Positions 53,606-57,693 of a stretch of DNA of 57,693 bases are shown here, one piece after another (within the stretch, counting starts at the first letter, position 1; every line of letters begins with the position of its first letter). A program made the translations under genes and the position numbers. The notes beneath the pieces were generated by a model. It searched no databases. It was not told where the DNA came from and saw nothing but the letters and a program-made list of their open reading frames with translations. Source of the stretch: a virus; the IMG/VR virus record IMGVR_UViG_2563366730_000001, positions 1-57,693 of that record. One strand, written 5' to 3'.

Positions 53606-53636
53606 AAAAAATATTAGACTTAATCTAATATTTTAG
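53606..53636. terminator. bidirectional terminator-like hairpin
   Basis: AAAAATATTAGA cttaa TCTAATATTTTT. Confidence 0.65.
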
Positions 53637-53718
53637 GAAACTTTTCAGAGTTTACTACATATGATATACCAAGAGAGTTAAAAAAATATAAAACAAGTAT
53701 GAAGGAAGGTGTGAAGAT

Positions 53719-53865
53719 GTGGCTAAAAAGGTGCCTATTAGTTTCAAAGAGACAACCAAAGATATAAAGCTATATACATTTATTATGTCTATAGAGGAAA
53801 GAGAAAGAAGTGCTTGGATTAAAGAACAGTTAAGAAAAGTTTTAGAGAAAGAAAATAATAATTAG
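53719..53865 (+). CDS. small ribbon-helix-helix-like protein (48 aa, GTG start)
   Basis: Hand-translated as (M)AKKVPISFKETTKDIKLYTFIMSIEERERSAWIKEQLRKVLEKENNN. The pattern is beta strand plus two helices. Confidence 0.4.
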   Translation: MAKKVPISFKETTKDIKLYTFIMSIEERERSAWIKEQLRKVLEKENNN

Positions 53866-53877
53866 GAGGTATATATA

Positions 53878-54120
53878 ATGTTAGGTTTATTAAAAGTTTT
53901 AGATTTAGGAAGAGAAGATCTGTATGTAGAGAAAGGGATATTAAAAAGAGAAGGTAATTGTAATTGGGAAGAGTGCTTTATTGTGGACAGTGGGGAAGGG
54001 GGATTCTTAGATTTAGAAGGAAATTGGATTGAGGACTACTTAGAAGATTGGAAGCCTAAAGGCATCTTAATAGATGCAGAAATGGGTATTAACAATATAA
54101 AAAATAGCCTAACCGATTAA
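53878..54120 (+). CDS. small acidic protein
   Basis: 80 aa with about 18 D/E versus 8 K/R residues. SD AGGAGG. Confidence 0.55.
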   Translation: MLGLLKVLDLGREDLYVEKGILKREGNCNWEECFIVDSGEGGFLDLEGNWIEDYLEDWKPKGILIDAEMGINNIKNSLTD

Positions 54121-54200
54121 AGGCTAGACTATCCCTAAGTTACTGCTGCGTTCACTACTGCGTACGCTTACTAGCAGTATATGCATATGCTATATAAAAG

Positions 54201-54228
54201 TTGACAGTATTTATATACATTTTACTAT
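54201..54228 (+). promoter_or_regulatory. candidate promoter reading antisense to the small peptide gene and into the virB2-like gene
   Basis: TTGACA, a 16-nt spacer, then TACTAT. Confidence 0.35.
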
Positions 54229-54245
54229 TATTAATGAAAATTTTA

Positions 54246-54326
54246 CTATCTTAATAAAGTTTCTGCGATTCTAACTCCAGTAGAAAAAGCCATTGTTATT
54301 AATGCTATAGCAAAAGTTATAGTCAT
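54246..54326 (-). CDS. 26-aa hydrophobic peptide (type I toxin-like)
   Basis: Hand-translated as MTITFAIALITMAFSTGVRIAETLLR. SD GGAGGTG lies 7 nt before the ATG. Confidence 0.4.
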   Translation of the reverse strand: MTITFAIALITMAFSTGVRIAETLLR

Positions 54327-54396
54327 ATAAAACACCTCCAGATGATAAAGTAGGTTTTCTTAATTCTATTATTAACTATTAGGGAGGGGATTATAC

Positions 54397-54807
54397 ATGG
54401 AAATAACGTTCTTTTATTATAATGAAAACTCTTTTAAAAACAGACTAATGAGAGAGAAGTATAAATGGGGAGAAGAGTTTGCTAAAGTAGTTATGGCAGA
54501 TAAGAAGCTTAAAGCTCTTACTACATTTGTTATGGCCAATACATTAATGTTAAAAAAGGCTTGTGCATCATCAGCAGAAATAGCAGCTGACTTAGGAAAA
54601 GTAGACTTAGCAGGAGGAACTTTACTGACAATATGTAGAAGGTTTGGTTATTGGGTTTGCCTAATAATGTGTATTGCAGAAATAATTAAAAGCTTATCTC
54701 AAGGGGATACAAAGGGTATAGGGAAAATTGTGGCCAAGTATACTATAGGTTTTGCTACCTTTTATTTCTTGCCATGGATATTTGATTTAATAAAGGCTAT
54801 GTTTTAA
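54397..54807 (+). CDS. polytopic membrane protein, TrbC/VirB2-pilin-like architecture
   Basis: Long leader, then a signal-like segment ending ...KKACA/SS, then two hydrophobic helices separated by a short polar loop (SQGDTKG). SD GGGAGGGG. Confidence 0.5.
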   Translation: MEITFFYYNENSFKNRLMREKYKWGEEFAKVVMADKKLKALTTFVMANTLMLKKACASSAEIAADLGKVDLAGGTLLTICRRFGYWVCLIMCIAEIIKSLSQGDTKGIGKIVAKYTIGFATFYFLPWIFDLIKAMF

Positions 54808-54822
54808 GGGGGAGGGGAGAAT

Positions 54823-55041
54823 ATGTCAGAGTATGTTTTAGGAATAATTAAGGATGTAGTTCTAGGGATTATAAAATGGATAGTGATAGGAGTAGTTAAC
54901 TGTAGCTACTGGATATTTCTACTCTGTGCTTTAGTATGCCTAATACTTTATATAGCAGGTCTTAAGAAAGCTGGTAAATATGTACCTATAAGTTTTATCG
55001 CCTATCTTTTCTTACAAGCAATCAAAGGAGCTATTATGTAA
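54823..55041 (+). CDS. small 2-3 TM membrane protein (VirB3-like position)
   Basis: 72 aa, almost entirely hydrophobic. Its stop overlaps the start of the ATPase gene (TAATG). Confidence 0.45.
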   Translation: MSEYVLGIIKDVVLGIIKWIVIGVVNCSYWIFLLCALVCLILYIAGLKKAGKYVPISFIAYLFLQAIKGAIM

Positions 55042-57377
55042 TGTTAGAGAAATTTAAAAAGAAAGAATTTATACCATGGGATAAGTACTTTAAACTTATT
55101 AAACCTAATTATATTTATCTTAAAATAATACCTCATAAATCTATAAGAAATTACAATTCTAGTAATATAGCAAAGGCTATTACACATACCTTTAGATCCA
55201 TAAACAAGAGAATAAAAATTGAGCAAAAAAAGTTGTGGTTTGAGTTAAACTTTAAAATTAGCTATGTAATAGATATAGAGAGTGATAATGCTAGTTTCTA
55301 TTTTATAGTTCCTGAAGTATTTCAAAATATTTTACTAGAGAAAATAAGTGAGATATGGACCAAAGCTACAATAGAAAGGGTGGAATGTATCAATCCTTTT
55401 GCTTTTGACTCTACTAAGTATCAACTAGGATATAAGAAAGAAGATGCTTTAAGCTTACAAGTGGATAAAAAGAGCAATGAACCTTTAAATTCTATCCTAA
55501 ATGTAATAGAGATAATGAAGGATGAAGATAGGGTCACTATAATATATAACTTTCTTCCAAGAACACAATTTGGATGGCTTAAGCAGTACCAGGATACAAT
55601 GCAGAAACTAAAGGAGCATAAACCTATAGAAAAAGAAAAAATGAGCTTCTCTTATATAAGTAAGGGTTTATTGTCCTATGTAGTGGATTTGCTTGATACA
55701 GTTATGGAAGTCTTTAATGATTTTACAGGAGGTACTAAGCAGAAAGAGAACCAACAGAGCTTTGCAGAAGCTTTAGCAACTGCATTGGAACAGGAGAAGG
55801 AATTAAGTAATGATACTAAGAAGAAAAAGGACATTAGGGTATTAGACACTCAAATAGTAGTGGTTAGCAGCAGTAAGGATAAAACTAGAGAGGATAATAA
55901 TGCTCTATCGGTTTGCCAAAGTTATAGAGTTTTAGACGAGGACAATGAACTAAACTATAAAAAAATTACTTCTAATATAAGTACTAAAGAATATAAGTTT
56001 AAAAATGTAGATGTTAATACAATTTCTACAGATGAAGCACAGAACTTTATACAGATACCAGGGAGACAGCTTTTAAGAGATCATAGGATAAAACATATCA
56101 ATATAGAAGAAACTCAAGTTCCAGATAAATTACAGGAAGGTTATTTTTCTTTAGGAGAAGTTAAATATAAAGGAAGTGTTTCTAACTCTTATCTAGAAAA
56201 TGAATATAATATAGGTAATTTACCCTTAGTCCTTATAGGGAGCCAAGGAAGTGGTAAAACAACCTATATGAAGAATATAGCTAGGTATTGCAGCAACAAC
56301 GGGGAAGGTGTATTCCTAATAGACTTCATTAAAAATTGTGAGTTAAGTAATGATATAGCTAAAGTTATACCTAAGGATAAACTAATAGTCTTAAACCTAG
56401 CAGAGGAGAAAGACATTCAAGGATTAGGATTTAATGAGATAAAAATCACAGATGACATGACTTCCTATAAAAAGATGATGTTAGCCAACTTGCAGAGCCA
56501 ACAAGTTATGGCTCTAGTAGATAGTATAAGTGTAGGAGATCCTTTGTCCAGCAGAATGAGAAGATTCTTAAGTGCTGCTTGTAATGTAGTTTTTGTACAA
56601 GGTCACAGCAGTATAAGAAATGTTATAGAGTGCTTAGAAAATCATAATAAGAGAAAGAAATATATAGAATCCCTACCTAAATTACTGACCAATTTATTAG
56701 AGGATGATATAGATACTTTAAGCGAATTAAATGAATGGTCCAAAGCAACTAAAAATAATCCACCTGAAATTATAGGGACTAAAGAATCCAAAATAGAGCA
56801 CATACTAGATAGAATTTCATTACTAAGAGAGGACTTTAAACTTAAGTATATGTATAATAAAAACTGTAGTAATAATATAGATTTAGTTGAATGCATGGAG
56901 CAGGGAAAAGTAGTCCTAATCCAGATGAAAGAATCTGATTTTCCAACTAAAATGATTAAGAATATCCTGGTTACTTATTGGATAAGTAAGATATGGTTAA
57001 CTAGTCAATTAAGGGGTAGTTTAAAAGACAGGCCTTTAAGATGCAATGTAATTGCAGATGAAATATTCCAAGCCCCCACATGCATGAAAACATTAGAATA
57101 TATACTTCCACAGAGTAGAAAGTTTGGTTGTAAATTTATTTTCAGCACTCAATACATTAAACAATTAGAAAGTATATTTAATACATTAGAAGCTAGTGGA
57201 TCTAGTTATATGCTGTTAAAAGGTTCTATGGAAGATGACTTTAATCACTTCAAATCTAAGTTGGAGAACTTTGAATTTGAGGACCTTAGGGACATGCAAC
57301 AATTTAGCAGTCTAAATCTTATATACTATTCTAGCGGATATGCCAGTTTTATAAGTAAGCTTCCTAGGCCTGTTTAA
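55041..57377 (+). CDS. VirB4/HerA/FtsK-superfamily P-loop ATPase (778 aa)
   Basis: Mid-protein Walker A IGSQGSGKTT, Walker B CNVIADEIF, and the SRKFGCKFIFSTQ motif typical of the HerA/VirB4 clade. No TM segment. Confidence 0.7.
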   Translation: MLEKFKKKEFIPWDKYFKLIKPNYIYLKIIPHKSIRNYNSSNIAKAITHTFRSINKRIKIEQKKLWFELNFKISYVIDIESDNASFYFIVPEVFQNILLEKISEIWTKATIERVECINPFAFDSTKYQLGYKKEDALSLQVDKKSNEPLNSILNVIEIMKDEDRVTIIYNFLPRTQFGWLKQYQDTMQKLKEHKPIEKEKMSFSYISKGLLSYVVDLLDTVMEVFNDFTGGTKQKENQQSFAEALATALEQEKELSNDTKKKKDIRVLDTQIVVVSSSKDKTREDNNALSVCQSYRVLDEDNELNYKKITSNISTKEYKFKNVDVNTISTDEAQNFIQIPGRQLLRDHRIKHINIEETQVPDKLQEGYFSLGEVKYKGSVSNSYLENEYNIGNLPLVLIGSQGSGKTTYMKNIARYCSNNGEGVFLIDFIKNCELSNDIAKVIPKDKLIVLNLAEEKDIQGLGFNEIKITDDMTSYKKMMLANLQSQQVMALVDSISVGDPLSSRMRRFLSAACNVVFVQGHSSIRNVIECLENHNKRKKYIESLPKLLTNLLEDDIDTLSELNEWSKATKNNPPEIIGTKESKIEHILDRISLLREDFKLKYMYNKNCSNNIDLVECMEQGKVVLIQMKESDFPTKMIKNILVTYWISKIWLTSQLRGSLKDRPLRCNVIADEIFQAPTCMKTLEYILPQSRKFGCKFIFSTQYIKQLESIFNTLEASGSSYMLLKGSMEDDFNHFKSKLENFEFEDLRDMQQFSSLNLIYYSSGYASFISKLPRPV

Positions 57378-57467
57378 TATAAAATATATGAGGAATAATA
57401 TAATGGGAAGCATTGATAATAGTAAGCTTATGAATATAATGTTGGAAACAATAAAAATTCCGACATT

Positions 57468-57485
57468 CTTCCGACCATATATAAG
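57468..57485 (+). repeat. two tandem TTCCGAC half-sites, 11 bp apart (the same heptamer as the arms of the 29-bp repeat)
   Basis: TTCCGACATTCTTCCGAC read directly. Confidence 0.6.
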
Positions 57486-57598
57486 TTATTAGAAAATATA
57501 TTAAAATATATAGAAGTATGATTTAATAATTTGAATCAAAGTTTTTTACCTATTAAGGTGACATAGAGATAAACATAGTTATGATAAGATATAGAATA

Positions 57599-57693
57599 AT
57601 GTAATTATTTCATAAAAACCAAAATATGCTAAGGAATAATTAATCAAAATATAACAAATTATTCTAAAACTTAATAATTCAAGACACACCTCA
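57599..57693. repeat. 95-bp terminal direct repeat, right copy
   Basis: Identical to 1..95. Confidence 0.95.

Noticed and set aside
54142-54180. A locally GC-richer patch with imperfect repeats (TACTGCTGCG / TACTGCGTACGC / AGCAGTA) after the acidic protein gene. It was considered as a terminator or small RNA.
   Set aside because: Only a 7-bp stem (TACTGCT/AGCAGTA) with a long loop and no U-tract is present. This is too weak to call.
57599-57693. The terminal repeat interpreted as physical direct terminal repeats made by a cos- or DTR-type terminase.
   Set aside because: The TerL looks PBSX/headful-like, and int together with candidate att elements sits next to the junction. An assembly overlap of a circular or permuted genome is more parsimonious. 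This cannot be settled without reads.

Overview
The window is a complete or near-complete temperate, AT-rich, Clostridium-type contractile-tailed phage or prophage of about 57.6 kb. An identical 95-bp direct repeat bounds it (1..95 = 57599..57693, unit length 57598 bp). This fits a circularly closed contig or phage-plasmid, or an att duplication. Nearly all genes are on the + strand. The gene order is as follows. (1) A cargo ORF flanked by a 29-bp perfect hairpin repeat. (2) A lysogeny module: tyrosine integrase, small Xis-like ORF, CI-like repressor, consensus promoter, Cro-like and XRE regulators, and an excisionase-family HTH protein. (3) A recombination and replication module: SbcC-like ATPase, YqaJ exonuclease, RecT, replisome organizer, AbrB-like protein, HNH-like protein and RusA. 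(4) A lone antisense 493-aa gene of unknown function. (5) A late-regulator candidate. (6) An accessory island: 2TM protein, RelA/SpoT-type nucleotide pyrophosphokinase, Zn-ribbon protein, a BC1881-like/KTSC pair and another TM protein. (7) Packaging and head genes: TerS, TerL, portal, MuF, a GNAT moron, scaffold and major capsid. (8) A myovirus-type tail: sheath, tube, chaperone with a -1 frameshift, tape measure, dual-domain tail lysin, baseplate, a 958-aa fibre and duplicated XkdX-like genes. (9) An orphan D12 adenine methyltransferase. (10) A lysis cassette with holin and amidase. (11) A right-arm accessory region. The right arm holds a secreted Cys-rich protein and an operon of an ABC-ATPase/Toprim-like (OLD/PARIS/AbiL-type) protein, a second D12 methyltransferase and an XRE regulator. 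It also holds a small RHH protein with an acidic protein, a type-I-toxin-like peptide, and a virB2/virB3/virB4-like trio. The best candidates for undescribed biology are these: the ATPase-Toprim + methyltransferase operon; the 2TM + RelA/SpoT pair; the 493-aa protein with an internal Gly-rich beta-hairpin duplication; the isolated VirB4/HerA-like ATPase with two membrane proteins; an antisense small ORF with an in-frame TGA in a C-x-x-TGA motif followed by a hairpin; the duplicated convergent BC1881-like/KTSC cassette; and the hairpin-repeat-flanked cassette next to int. All functional calls come from motif reading by eye. No database search was run.
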